Assembly: GCF_009914755.1 (NCBI RefSeq)
Contig: NC_060933.1
Length of the DNA: 64,000 nt
Origin: the human T2T-CHM13v2.0 reference genome, Homo sapiens
Reading direction: 5' to 3' (one strand)
The first letter of the stretch is position 1, and the number at the start of each line of letters is the position of its first letter. Made by a program: the position numbers and the translations under genes. Shown here in pieces: positions 25,531 through 40,950 of the stretch. A model generated the notes under the pieces. It had not been told where the DNA came from. It ran no database searches and worked only from the letters and a program-made list of their open reading frames with translations.

Positions 25531-28500
25531 GAATGGAATCAACTCGATTGTAATGGAATGGAATGGAATGGAATGGAATGGAATGGAATGGAATGGAATG
25601 GAATCAACCCGAGTTCAATGGAAAGGAGTGGAATGGAATGGAATGGAATGGAACAACCTGAATGGAATGGAATGGAATGGAGAGTAAGGGAGTTGAATAG
25701 AATCAATCCGAATGTAATGGAATTGAATGGAACGGAATGGAATTGAATGGAATGGAATGGAATGCAATGGAATGGAATCAACCCGAGTGCAATGGAATGG
25801 AGAGGAATGGAATGGAATGGAATGGAAACTACCCGAATGGAATGGAATGTAATGCAGTGTAAGGGAATTGAATAGAATCAATCCGAATGTAATGGAATGG
25901 AATGGAATGGAATGGAATGGAATGGAATGGAATTCAATGGAATGGAATGCAATGGAATGGAATCAACCCGAGTGCAATCGAATGGAATCAAATTGAATGG
26001 AATGCAATGGAATGGATTCAACTTGAATGGAATGGAAAGAATGGAATCAACACGAGTGGAATGGCATGGATTGGAATGGAATGGAATGGAATCAACCCGA
26101 GTACAGGGGAATGGAATGGAATGGAATGCAATGGAATGGAATCATCCGTAATGGAATGGAAAGGAATGGAATGCAATGGAATGGAATGGAATGGAATGGA
26201 ATGGAATGGAATCAACTCGATTGCAGTCGAATGGAATGGAATGGAATTAACCCGAATAGTATGGAATGGAATGGAATGGAACGGAACGGAAGGGAACGGA
26301 ACGGAATGGAATGGAATGCAATGGAATGGAAGGGAAAGGAATGGAATGGAATGGAATGGAATGGAATGGAATGGAATGGAATGGAATCAACGCGAGTGCA
26401 GGGGAATGGAATGGAATGGAATGCAATGGAATGGAATCTTCCGGAATGGAATGGAATGGAATGGAATGGAATGGAATGGAATGGAATTAACCCGAATAGA
26501 ATGGAATGGAATTGAATGGAATGGAGCGGAATGGAATGGAATGGAATGGAATGGAATGGAACGGAACGGAATGGAATGGAATGGAATGGAATGGAATGGA
26601 ATGGAATGGAATCAACGCGAGTGCAGGGGAATGGAATGTAATGGAATGCAATGGAATGGAATCTTCCGGAATGGAATGGAATGGAATGGAATGGAATCAA
26701 CCCGAGTGGAATGGAATGGAATGGAATGGAACAACCCGAATGGAATGGAATGTAATGCAGTGTAAGGGAGTTGAATAGAATCAATCCGAATGTAATGGAA
26801 TGGAATGGAATGGAACGGAATGGAATTGAATGGAATGGAATGGAATGCAGTGGAATGGAATCAACCCGAATGCAATGGAATGGAGAGGAATGGAATGGAA
26901 TGGAGTGGAAACTACCCGAATGGAATGGAATGTAATGGAGTGTAAGGGAATTGAATAGAATCAATGCGAATGTAATGGAAAGGAATGGAACTGAATGGAA
27001 TGGAATGGAATGGAATGGAATGCAATGGAATGGAATGCAATGGAATGGAATCAACCCGAGTGCAATCGAATGGAATCGAATGGAATGGAATGCAATGGAA
27101 TGGAATCAACTCGATTGCAATCGAATGGAATGGAATGGAATTAACCCGAATAGAATGGAATGGAACGGAATGGAAAGGAACGGAATGGAATGGAATGGAA
27201 TGGAATGGAATGGAACGGAATGGAATGGAATGGAATCAACGCGAGTGCAGGGGAATGTAATGGAACGGAATGTAATGGAATGGAATCATCCGGAATGGAA
27301 TGGAATGGAATGGAATGGAATGGAATCAACCCGAGTGCAATGGAATGGAGTGGAATGGAATGGAATGGAATGGAACAACCCGAATGGAATGGAACGTAAT
27401 GGAGAGTAAGGGAGTTGAATAGAATCAATCCGAATGTAATGGAATGGAATGCAACGGAATGGAATGGAATGGAATGCAATGGAATGCAATCAACCCGAGT
27501 ACAATGGAATGGAATGGAATGGAATGGAATGGAATGGAATGGAATGGAATGCCTTCAAACCGAATGGAATGGAAAGGAATGGAATCAACACGAGTGGAAT
27601 GGAATGGAATGGAATGAAATGGAATGGAATGGAATGATACGGAATAGAATGGAATGGAACGAAATGGAATGGAATGGAATGGAATGGAATGGAATGGAAT
27701 GGAATCGTTCCGAGTGGAATAGGAGGGAATGTATTCGAGTGGAATGGAAAGGAATGGAATCAACCAGAGTGGAATGGAAGGGAATGGAATGGAATGGAAA
27801 CTAATAGAATGGAATCAACCCGAGTGGAATGGAATGGAAAGGACTGGAATGGAATGGAATGGAGTGGAATGGAATGGAATGGAATCAACTCGATTGTAAT
27901 GGAATGGAATGGAATGGAATGGAATGGAATGGAATGGAATTAACTCGAATACAATGGAATGGAATGGAATGGAACGGAATGGAGTGGAATGGAATGGAAT
28001 CAACCCGAGTGCAGGGGAATGGAATGGAATGGAATGCAATGGAATGGAATCATCCGGAATGGAATGGAATGAAATGGCATGCAAAGCAATGGAATCAACT
28101 CGATTGCAATGGAATGGAATGGAATGGAAAGGAATCCATTGGAATCAACCCGAGTGGAATGGAATGGAAAGGACTGGAATGGAGTGGAATGGAATGGAAT
28201 AGAATGGAATGGAATCAACTCGATTGGAATGGAATGGAATGGAATGGAATGGAATGGAATGGAATGGAATGGAATTAACCCGAATAGAATGGAATGGAAT
28301 GGAATGGAACGGAACGTAACGGAATGGAATGGAATGGAATGGAATGGAATGGAATCAACCCGACTGCAGGGGAATGGAATGGAATGGAATGCAATGGAAT
28401 GGATTCAACTTGAATGGAATGGAAAGAATGGAATCAACACGAGTGGAATGGCATGGATTGGAATGGAATGGAATGGAATGAACCCGAGTACAGGGGAATG

Positions 28501-31500
28501 GAATGGAATGGAATGCAATGGAATAGAATCATCCGTAATGGAATGGAAAGGAATGGAATGGAAAGGAATGGAATGCAATGGAATGGAATGGAATGGAATG
28601 GAATCAACTCGATTGCAATCGATTGGAATGGAATGGAATTAACCCGAATAGAATGGAATGGAATGGAATGGAACGGAACGGAATGGAACGGAATGGAATG
28701 GAATGGAATGGAATGGAATGGAATGGAATGGAATGGAACGGAAAGGAATGGAATGGAATGGAATGGAATGGAATGGAATGGAATGGAATGGAATCAACGC
28801 GAGTGCAGGGGAATTTAATGGAATGGAATGCAATGGAGTGGAATCTTCCGGAATGGAACGGAATGAAATGGAATGGAATGGAATGGAATGGAATAAACCC
28901 GAGTGCAATGGAATGGAGTGGAATGGAATGGAATGGAATGGAACAGCCCGAATGGAATGGAATGTAATGGAGAGTAAGGGAGTTGAATAGAATCAATCCG
29001 AATGTAATGGAGTGGAATGGAACGGAATGGAATTGAATGGAATGGAATGGAATGCAATGGAATGGAATCAACCCGAGTGCAATGGAATGGAGAGGAATGG
29101 AATGGAATGTAATGGAAACTACCCGAATGGAATGGCATGTAATGGATTGTAAGGGAATTGAATAGAATCAATCCGAATGTAATGGAATGGAATGGAACGG
29201 AATGGAATGGAATGGAATGGAATGCAATGGAATGGAATCAACCCGAGTGCAATCGAATGGAATCGAATGCAATGGATTGCAATGGAATGGATTCAACTTG
29301 AATGGAATGGAAAGAATGGAATCAACACGAGTGGAAGGGCATGGATTGGAATGCAATGGAATGGAATCAACCCGAGTACAGGGGAATGGAATGGAATGGA
29401 ATGCAATGGAATGGAATCATCCGTAATGGAATGGAAAGGAATGGAATGGAATGGAATGGAATGGAATGGAATGGAATGGAATGGAATGGAATGGAATCAA
29501 CACGATTGCAATCGAATGGAATGGAATGGAATTAACCCGAATAGAATGGAATGGAATGGAATGGAACGGAACGGAATGGAATGGAATGGAATGGAATGGA
29601 ACGGAACGGAATGGAATGGAATGGAATGGAATGGAATGGAATGGAATCAACGCGATTGCAGGGGAATGGAATGGAATGGAATGCAATGGAATGGAATCTT
29701 CCGGAATGGAATGGAATGCAATGGAATGGAATGAAATGCAATGGACTCAACTCGATTGCAATGGAATGGAATAGAATGGAATGGAATGGAACGGAATGGA
29801 ATTAACCCGAATGGAATGGAATGGAATGGAACGGAATGGAACGGAATGGAATGGAATGGAATGGAATGGAATGGAATGGAATGGAATGGAATGGTATGGA
29901 ATGGAATGGAATGGTACGGAATAGAATGAAATGGAACGAATTGTAATAGAATGGAATTGAATGGAATGGAATGGAATGGAATGGAATCAACAAGAGTACA
30001 GGGGAATGGAATGGAATGGAATGCAATGGAATGGAATCATCCGTAATGGAATGGAAAGGAATGGAATGGAATGGAATTGAATGGAATGGAATGGAATGGA
30101 ATCAACTCGATTGCAATCGAATGGAATGGAATGGAATTAACCCGAATAGAATGGAATGGAATGGAATGGAATGGAACGGAACGGAACGGAATGGAATGGA
30201 ATGGAATGGAATGGAATGGAATGGAATGGTATGGAATGGAATGGAATGGTACAGAATAGAATGGAATGGAACGAATTGTAATGGAATGGAATTGAATGGA
30301 ATGGAATGGAATGGAATGGAATGGAATCAACGTGAGTGCAGGGGAATGTAATGGAACGGAATGCAATGGAATGGAATCATCCGGAATGGAATGGAATGGA
30401 ATGGAATGGAATAGAATGGAATCAACCCGAGTGCAATGGAATGGAGTGGAATGGAATGGAATGGAATGGAACAACCCGAATGGAATGTAATGTAATGGAG
30501 AGTAAGGGAGTTGAATAGAATCAATTCGAATGTAATGGAATGGAATGCAACGGAATGGAATGGAATGGAATGGAATGGAATGCAATGGAATGGAATCAAC
30601 ACGAGTACAATGGAATGGAATGGAATGGAATGGAATGGAATGGAATGGAATGATACGGAATAGAATGGAATGGAACGAAATGGAATGGAATGGAATGGAA
30701 TGGAATGGAATGGAATGGAATGGAATGGAATGGAATCGTTCCGAGTGGAATAGGAGGGAATGTATTCGAGTGGAATGGAAAGGAATGGAATCAACAAGAG
30801 TGGAATGGAAGGGAATGGAATGGAATGGAAACTAATAGAATGGAATCAACCCGAGTGGAATGGAATGGAAAGGACTGGAATGGAATGGAATGGAATGGAA
30901 TCAACTCAATTGTAATGTAATGTAATGGAATGGAATGGAATGGAATGGAATGGAATGGAATGGAATTAACCCGAATACAATGGAAGGGAATGGAATGGAA
31001 TGGAAACTAATAGAATGCAATCAACCCGAGTGGAATGGAATGGAAAGGAATGCAATGGAATGGAATGGAATGGAATCATCTCGATTGTATTGGAATGGAA
31101 TGGAATGGAATGGAATGGAATGGAATGGAATGGAATGGAATTAACCCGAATAAAATGGAATGGAATGGAATGGAGGGGAATGGAATGGAATCAACCCGAG
31201 TGCAGGAGAATGGAATGGAATGGAATGCAATGGAATGGAATCATCCGGAATGGAATGGAATGGAATGGAATGCAAAGCAATGGAATCAACTCGATTGCAA
31301 TGGAATGGAATGGAATGGAAAGGAATACATTGGAATCAACCCGAGTGGAATGGAATGGAAAGGACTGGAATGGAGTGGAATGGAATGGAATGCAATGGAA
31401 TGGAATGGAATGGAATCAACTTGATTGGAATGGAATGGAATGGAATGGAATGGAATGGAATGGAATGGAATGGAATCAACCCGACTGCAGGGGAATGGAA

Positions 31501-32374
31501 TGGAATGGAATGCAATTGAATGGATTCAACTTGAATGGAATGGAAAGAATGGAATCAACACGACTGGAATGGCATGGATTGGAATGGAATGGAATGGAAT
31601 CAACCCGAGTACAGGGGAATGGAATGGAATGGAATGCAATGGAATGGAATCATCCGTAATGGAATGGAAAGGAATGGAATGGAATGGAATGGAATGGAAT
31701 GGAATGGAATGGAATGGAATGGAATGGAATCAACTCGATTGCAATCGAATGGAATGGAATGGAATGAACGCGAATAGAATGGAATGGAATGGAATGGAAC
31801 GGAACGGAACGGAATGGAATGGAATGGAATGGAGACTAAGGGAGTTGAATAGAATCAATCCGAATGTAATGGAATGGAATGGAACGGAATGGAATTGAAT
31901 GGAATGGAATGGGATGCAATGGAATGGAATCAACCCGAGTGCAATGGAATGGAGAGGAATGGAATGGAATGGAATGGAAACTACCCGAATGGAATGGAAT
32001 GTAATGGAGTGTAAGGGAATTGAATAGAATCAATCCGAATGTAATGGAATGGAAAGGAACGGAATGGAATGGAAGGGAATGGAATGGAATGCAATGGAAT
32101 GGAATCAACCCGAGTGCAATCGAATGGAATCGAATGGAATGGAATGCAATGGAATGGATTCAACTTGAATGGAATGGAAAGAATGGAATCAACACGAGTG
32201 GAAGGGCTTGGATTGGAATGCAATGGAATGGAATCAACCCGAGTACAGGGGAATGGAATGGAATGGAATGCAATGGAATGGAATCATCCGTAATGGAATG
32301 GAAAGGAATGGAATGGAATGGAATGGAATGGAATGGAATGGAATCAACACGATTGCAATCGAATGGAATGGAAT

Positions 32375-32900
32375 GGAATTAACCCGAATAGAATGGAATG
32401 GAATGGAATGGAACGGAACGGAATGGAATGGAATGGAAAGGAATGGAATGGAATGGAATCAACGCGAGTGCAGGGGAATGGAATGGAATGGAATGCAATG
32501 GAATGGAATCTTCCGGAAAGGAATGGAATGGAATGGAATGGAATGAAATGCAATGGATTCAACTCGATTGCAATGGAATGGAATAGAATGGAATGGAATG
32601 GAATGGAATGGAATTAACCCGAATAGAATGGAATGGAATGGAATGGAACGGAACGGAATGGAATGGAATGGAATGGAATGGAATGGAACGGAACGGAATG
32701 GAATGGAATGGAATGGAATGGAATCAACGCGAGTGCAGGGGAATGGAATGGAATGGAATGCAATGGAATGGAATCTTCCGGAATGGAATGGAATGGAATG
32801 CAATGGAATGAAAGGCAATGGATTCAACTCGATTGCAATGGAATGGAATAGAATGGAATGGAATGGAATGGAATGGAATTAACCCGAATAGAATGGAATG
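32375..32900 (+). repeat. ~265-bp tandem duplication carrying two HSE modules
   Basis: TAACCCGAATAG / CAACGCGAGTGCAGGGG / CTTCCGG / GGATTCAACTCG is repeated; the HSEs lie at 32505 and 32770. Confidence 0.75.
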
Positions 32901-35099
32901 GAATGGAATGGAACGGAATGGAACGGAATGGAACGGAATGGAACGGAATGGAATGGAATGGAATGGAATGGTATCGAATGGAATGGAATGGTACGGAATA
33001 GAATGGAATGGAACGAATTGTAATGGAATGGAATTGAACGGAATGGAATGGAATGGAATGGAATCAACGCGAGTGCAGGGGAATGTAATGGAACGGAATG
33101 CAATGGAATGGAATCATCCGGAATGGAATGGAATGGAATGGAATGGAATGGAATCAATCCGAGTGCAATCGAATGGAGTGGAATGGAATGGAATGGAATG
33201 GAACAACCCGAATGGAATGGAATGTAATGGAGAGTAAGGGAGTTGAATAGAATCAATTCGAATGTAATGGAATGGAATGCAACGGAATGGAATGGAATGG
33301 AATGGAATGGAATGCAAAGGAATGGAATCAACCCGAGTGGAATGGCATGGAATGGAATGCAATGGAATGGAATGGAATCAACTCGAGTGGAAAGGAATGG
33401 AATGGAATGGAAAGTAATGGAATGAAATCAACTCGAGTGGAATGGAATGGAATGGAATAGATTGGAATGGATTGCAACGGAATGAAATGGAATGGAATGG
33501 AATGGAATCAATCATTCCGAGTGGAATGGAAGGGAATGTAATGGAGTGGAAAGAAGGGAATGGAATCAACCCGATTGGAATGCAAGGCAATGGAATGGAA
33601 TGGAAAGGAATGGAATGGAATCAACTCGATTGCAATGGAATGGAAAGGAATGGAATGGAATCAACTCGATTGCAATGGAATGGAATGGAATGGAATGGAA
33701 TGGAAAGGAATGGAATGGAATGAAATGGAATGGAATGGAATGCAATGGTAGGGAATCAACCCGAGTGCAATCGAATGGAATCGAATGGAATGGAATGCAA
33801 TGGAATGGATTCAACTTGAATGGAATGGAAAGAATGGAATCAACACGAGTGGAATGGCATGGATTGGAATGGAATGGAATGGAATCAACCCGAGTACAGG
33901 GGAATGGAATGGAATGGAATGCAATGGAATGGAATCATCCGTAATGGAATGGAAAGGAATGGAATGGAATGGAATGGAATGGAATGGAATGGAATCAACT
34001 CGATCGCAATCGAATGGAATGGAATGGAATTAACCCGAATAGAATGGAATGGAATGGAATGGAACGGAACGGAGCGGAACGGAACGGAATGGAATGGAAT
34101 GGAATGGAACGGAAAGGAATGGAATGGAATGGAATGGAATGGAATGGAATGGAATGGAATCAACGCGAGTGCATGCGAATGGAACGTAATGGAATGTAAT
34201 GGAATGGAAACTTCCGGAATGGAATGGAATGGAATGGAATCAACCCGAGTGCAATGGAATGGAGTGGAATGGAATGGAATGGAATGGAACAACCCGAATG
34301 GAATCGAATGTAATGGAGAGTAAGGGAGTTGAATAGAATCAATCCGAATGAAATGGAATGGAATGGAACGGAATGGAATTGAATGGAAAGGAATGGAATG
34401 CAATGGAATGGAATCAACCCGAGTGCAAAGGAATGGAGAGGAATGGAATGGAATGGAGTGGAAACTACCCGAATGGAATGGAATGTAATGGAGTGTAAGG
34501 GAATTGAATAGAATCAATCCGAATGTAATGGAATGGAATGGAACGGAATGGAATGGAATGGAATGGAATGGAATGGAATGCAATGGAATGGAATCAACCC
34601 GAGTGCAATCGAATGGAATCGAATGGAATGGAATGCAATGGAATGGATTCAACTTGAATGGAATGGAAAGAATGGAATCAACACGAGTGGAATGGCATGG
34701 ATTGGAATGGAATGGAATGGAATCAACCCGAGTACAGGGGAATGGAATGGAATGGAATGCAATGGAATGGAATCATCTGTAATGGAATGGAAAGGAATGG
34801 AATGGAATGGAATGGAATGGAATGGAATCAACTCGATTGCAATCGAATGGAATGGAATGGAATTAACCCGAATAGAATGGAATGGAATGGAATGGAACGG
34901 AATGGAATGGAATGGAATGGAATGGAATGGAATGGAACAGAACGTAATGGAATGGAATGGAATGGAATGGAATGGAATCAATGCGAGTGCAGGGGAATGG
35001 AATGGAATGGAATGCAATGTAATGGAATCTTCCGGAATGGAATGGAATGGAATGGAATGGAATGAAATGCAGTGGATTCAACTCGATTGCAATGGAATG

Positions 35100-38000
35100 G
35101 AATAGAATGGAATGGAATTGAATGGAATGGAATTAACCCGAATAGAATAGAATGGAATGCAATGGAACGGAATGGAACGGAATGGAATGGAATGGAATGG
35201 AATGGTATGGAATGGAATGGAATGGTACGGAATAGAATGGAATGGAACGAATTGTAATGGAATGGAATTGAATGGAATGGAATGGAATCAATGCGAGTGC
35301 AGGGGAATGTAATGGAACGGAATGCAATGGAATGGAATCATCCGGAATGGAATGGAATGGAATGGAATGCAATGGAATCAACCCGAGTGCAATGGAATGG
35401 AGTGGAATTGAATGGAATGGAACAACCCGAATGGAATGGAATGTAATGGAGAGTAAGGGAGTTGAATAGAATCAATTCGAATGTAATGGAATGGAATGCA
35501 ACGGAATGGAATGGAATGGAATGGAATGGAATGGAATGGAATGCAAAGGAATGGAATCAACCCGAGTGGAATGGCATGGAATGCAATGCAATGGATTGGA
35601 ATGGAATGGAATCATCTCGAGTGGAAAGGAATGCAATAGAATGGAAAGGAATGGAATGAAGTCAACTCAAGTGGAATGGAATGGAATGGAATGGATTGGA
35701 ATGGATTGCAATGGAATGAAATGGAATGGAATGGAATGGAAACAATCATGGAAGGGAATGTAATGGAGTGGAAAGAAGGGAATGGAATCAACCCGAGTGG
35801 AATGCAAGGCAATGGAATGGAATGGAAAGGAATGGAATGGAATCAACTCGATTGCAATGGAATGGAATGGAATGGAATGGAATGGAATGGAATGGAATTA
35901 ACCGGAATAAAATGGAATGGAATGGAATGGAACGGAATGGAATGGAATGGAAGGGAATGGAATCAACACGAGTGCAGGGGAATGGAATGGAATGGAATGC
36001 AATGGAATGGAATCATCCGGAATGGAATGGAATGGAATGGAATCAACTCCATTGCAATGGAATGGAATGGAATGGAATGGAATAGAATGGAATGGAATTA
36101 ACCAGAATAGAATGGAATGCAATAGAATGGAATGCAATGGAACCGAATGGAGTGGAATGGAATGGAATGGAATCAACCCGAGTACAGAAGAATGGAATGG
36201 AATGGAATCAACTCGATGGCAATCGAATGGAATGGAATGGAATTAACCCGAATAGAATGGAATGGAATTGAATGGAACGGAACGGAATGGAATGGAATGG
36301 AATGGAATGGAATGGAACGGAACGGAATGGAATGGAATGGAATGGAATGGAATCAATGCGAGTGCAGGGGAATGGAATGGAATGGAATGCAATGGAATGG
36401 AATCTTCCGGAATGGAATGGAATGGAATGGAATGGAATGAAAGGCAATGGATTCAACTCGATTGCAATGGAATGGAATAGAATGGAATGGAATGGAATGG
36501 AATGGAATGGAATTGAATGGAATGGAATGCCTTCAAACCAAATGGAATGGAAAGGAATGGAATCAACACGAGTGGAAAGGAATGGAATGGAAAGGAATGG
36601 AATGGAATGGAATGGTACGGAATAGAACGGAATGGAACGAACTGGAATGGAATGGAATGGAATGGAATGGAATGGAATGGAATGGAATGGAATCGTTCCG
36701 AGTGGAATAGGAGGGAATGTATTCGAGTGGAATGGAAAGGAAAGGAATCAACCAGAGTGGAATGGAAGGGAATGGAATGGAATGGAAACTAATAGAATGG
36801 AATCAACCCGAGTGGAATGGAATGGAAAGGACTGGAAAGGAATGGAATGGAATGGAATGGAATTAACCCGAATACAATGGAATGGAATGGAATGGAACGG
36901 AATGGAGTGGAATGGAATGGAATCAACCCGAGTGCAGGAGAATGGAATGGAATGGAATGCATTGGAATGGAGTCATCCGGAATGGAATGGAATGGAATGG
37001 AATGCAAAGCAATGGAATCAACTCGATGGCAATGGAATGGAATGGAATGGAAAGGAATACATTGGAATCAACCCGAGTGGAATGGAATGGAAAGGACTGG
37101 AATGGAGTGGAATGGAATGGAATGGAATGGAATGGAATGGAATCAACTCGATTGGAATGGAATGGAATGGAATGGAATGGAATGGAATTAACCCGAGTAG
37201 AAAGGAATGGAATGCAATGGAACGGAACGGAACGGAATGGAATGGAATGGAATGGAATGGAATGGAATGGAATGGAATCAACCCGACTGCAGGGGAATGG
37301 ATTGGAATGGAATGCAATGGAAAGGATTCAACTTGAATGGAATGGAAAGAATGGAATCAACACGAGTGGAATGGCATGGATTGCAATGGAATGGAATGCA
37401 ATCAACCCGAGTACAGGGGAATGGAATGGAATGGAATGCAATGGAATGGAATCATCCGTAATGGAATGGAAAGGAATGGAATGGAATGGAATGGAATGGA
37501 ATGGAATGGAATGGAATGGAATTAACCCGAATAGAATGGAATGGAATGGAATGGAACGGAACGGAACGGAATGGAATGGAATGGAATGGAATGGAATGGA
37601 ATGGAATGGAATGGAATCAACCCGACTGCAGGGGAATGGAATGGAATGGAATGCAATGGAATGGAATCTTCCGGAATGGAATGGAATGGAATGGAATGGA
37701 ATGAAATGCAATGAATTCAACTCGATTGCAATGGAATGGAATAGAATGGAATGGAATGGAATGGAATGGGATTAACCCGAATAGAATGGAATGGAATGGA
37801 ATGGAACGGAATGGAACGGAATGGAATGGAATGGAATGGAATGGATTGGAATGGAATGGTATGGAATGGAATGGAATGGTACGGAATAGAATGGAATGGA
37901 ACGAATTGTAATGGAATGGAATTGAATGGAATGGAATGGAATGGAATCAACGCGAGTGCAGGGGAATGTAATGGAACGGAATGCAATGGAATGGAATCAT

Positions 38001-40100
38001 CCGGAATGGAATGGAATGGAATGGAATGGAATGGAATCAACCCGAGTGCAATGGAATGGAGTGGAATGGAATGGAATGGAATGGGACAACCCGAATGGAA
38101 TGGAATGTAATGGAGAGTAAGGGAGTTGAATAGAATCAATCCGAATGTAATGGAATGGAATGCAACGGAATGGAATGGAATGGAATGAAATGGAATGGAA
38201 TGGAATGCAAAGGAATGGAATCAACCCGAGTGGAATGGCGTGGAATGGAATGCAATGGATAGGAATGGAATGGAATCAACTCGAGTGGAAAGGAATGGAA
38301 TGGAATGGAAAGGAATGGAATGAAGTCAACTCGAGTGGAATGGAATGGAATGGAATGGATTGGAATGGATTGCAATGGAATGCAATGGAATGGAATGGAA
38401 TGGAATCAATCATGGAAGGGAATGTAATGGAGGGGAAAGAAGGGAATGGAATCAACCCGAGTGGAATGCAAGGCAATGGAATGGCATGGAAAGGAATGGA
38501 ATGGAATCAACTCGATTGCAATGGAATGGAATGGAATGGAATGGAATGGAATTAACCGGAATAGAATGGAATGGAATGGAATGGTGCGGAATGGAATGGA
38601 ATGGAAGGGAATGGAATCAACACGAGTGCAGGGGAATGGAATCGAATGGAATGCAATGGAATGGAATCATCCGGAATGGAATGGAATGGAATGGAATCAA
38701 CTCCATTGCAATGGAATGGAATGGAATGGAATAGAATGGAATGGAATTAACCCGAATAGAATGGAATGCAATAGAATGGAATGCAACGGAACCGAATGGA
38801 GTGGAATGGAATGGAATGGAATCAACCCGAGTACAGGGGAATGGAATGGAATGGAATGCAATGGAATGGAGTCATACGTAATGGAATGGAAAGGAATGGA
38901 ATGGAATGGAATGGAATGGAATGGAATGAAATGGAATCAACTCGATGGCAATCGAATGGAATGGAATGGAATTAACCCGAATAGAATGGAATGGAATGGA
39001 ATGGAACGGAACGGAACGGAATGGAATGGAATGGAATGGAATGGAATGGAACGGAAAGGAATGGAATGGAATGGAATGGAATGGAATCAACGCGAGTGCA
39101 GGGGAATGGAATGGAATGGAATGCAATGGAATGGAATCTTCCGGAATGGAATGGAATGGAATGGAATGGAATGGAATGGAATGAAAGGCAATGGATTCAA
39201 CTCGATTGCAATGCAATGGAATAGAATGGAAGGGAATGGAATGGAATGGAATGGAATTGAATGGAATGGAATGCCTTCAAACCGAATGGAATGGAAAGGA
39301 ATGGAATCAACACGAGTGGAAAGGAATGGAATGGAAAGGAATGGAATGGAATGGAGTGGTACGGAATAGAACGGAATGGAACGAACTGGAATGGAATGGA
39401 ATGGAATGGAATGGAATGGAATGGAATGGAATCGTTCCCAGTGGAATAGGAGGGAATGTATTCGAGTGGAATGGAAAGGAATGGAATCAACCAGAGTGGA
39501 ATGGAAGGGAATGGAATGGAATGGAAACTAATAGAATGGAATCAACCCGAGTGGAATGGAATGGAAAGGACTGGAATGGAATGGAATGGAATGGAATGGA
39601 ATGGAATCAACTCGATTGGAATGGAATGGAATGGAATGGAATGGAATGGAATGGAATGGAGTGGAATTAACCCGAATACAATGGAATGGAATGGAATGGA
39701 ACGGAATGGAGTGGAATGGAATGGAATCAACCCGAGTGCAGGGGAATGGAATGGAATGGAATGCAATGGAATGGAATCATCCGGAATCGAATGGAATGGA
39801 ATGGAATGCAAAGCAATGGAATCAACTCGATTGCAGTGGAATGGAATGGAATGGAAAGGAATAGAATGGAATCAACCCGAGTGTAATGGAATGGAAAGGA
39901 CTGGAATGGAGTGGAATGGAATGGAATGGAATGGAATGGAATCAACTCGATTGGAATGGAATGGAATGAAATGGAATGGAATGGAATTAACCCGAATAGA
40001 ATGGAATGGAATGGAATGGAATGGAACGGAATGGAATGGAATGGAATGGAATGGAATGGAATCAACCCGACTGCAGGGGAATGGAATGGAATGGAATGGA
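35100..40100 (+). repeat. Diverged ~2.7-kb tandem duplication containing rare block C
   Basis: GCAAGGCAATGG 35804/38468 (2664), GCCTTCAAACC ~36529/39273 (2744), CGTTCC 36694/39433 (2739), GAAAGGCAATGGATTC ~36439/39183. Confidence 0.75.
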
Positions 40101-40950
40101 ATGGAATCATCCGGAACGGAATGGAATGGAATGCAATGGAATCAACTCGATTGCAATGGAATGGAATGGAATGGAATGGAATGGAATGGAATGGAATGGA
40201 ATCGTTCCGAGTGGAATAGGAGGGAATGTATTCGAGTGGAATGGAAAGGAATGGAATCAACCAGAGTGGAATGGAAGGGAATGGAATGGAATGGAAACTA
40301 ATAGAATGGAATCAACCCGAGTGGAATGGAATGGAAAGGACTGGAATGGAATGGAATGGAATGGAATCAACTCGATTGTAATGGAATGGAATGGAATGGA
40401 ATGGAATGGAATGGAATGGAATTAACCCGAATACAATGGAAAGGAATGGAATGGAACGGAATGGAGTGGAATGGAATGGAATCAACCCGAGTGCAGGGGA
40501 ATGGAATGGAATGGAATGCAATGGAATGGAATCATCCGGAATGGAATGGAATGGAATGGAATGGAATGCAAAGCAATGGGATCAACTCGATTGCAATGGA
40601 ATGGAATGGAATGGAAAGGAATAGAATGGAATCAACCCGAGTGTAATGGAATGGAAAGGACTGGAATGGAGTGGAATGGAATGGAATGGAAGGGAATGGA
40701 ATCAACTCGATTGGAATGGAATCTAATGGAATGGAATGGAATGGAATGGAATGGAATTAACCCGAATAGAATGGAATGGAATGGAATGGAACGGAATGGA
40801 ATGGAATGGAATGGAATGGAATGGAATGGAATGGAATCAACCCGACTGCAGGGGAATGGAATGGAATGGAATGGAATGGAATGGAATCATCCGGAACGGA
40901 ATGGAATGGAATGGAATGGAATCAACTCGATTGCAATGGAATGGAATGGA
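39400..40950 (+). repeat. ~770-bp tandem duplication
   Basis: CGTTCC 39433/40203 (770), CCCGAGTGTAATGGAATGGAAAGGACT ~39876/40636 (760), CATCCGGAACGG 40108/40888 (780). Confidence 0.85.
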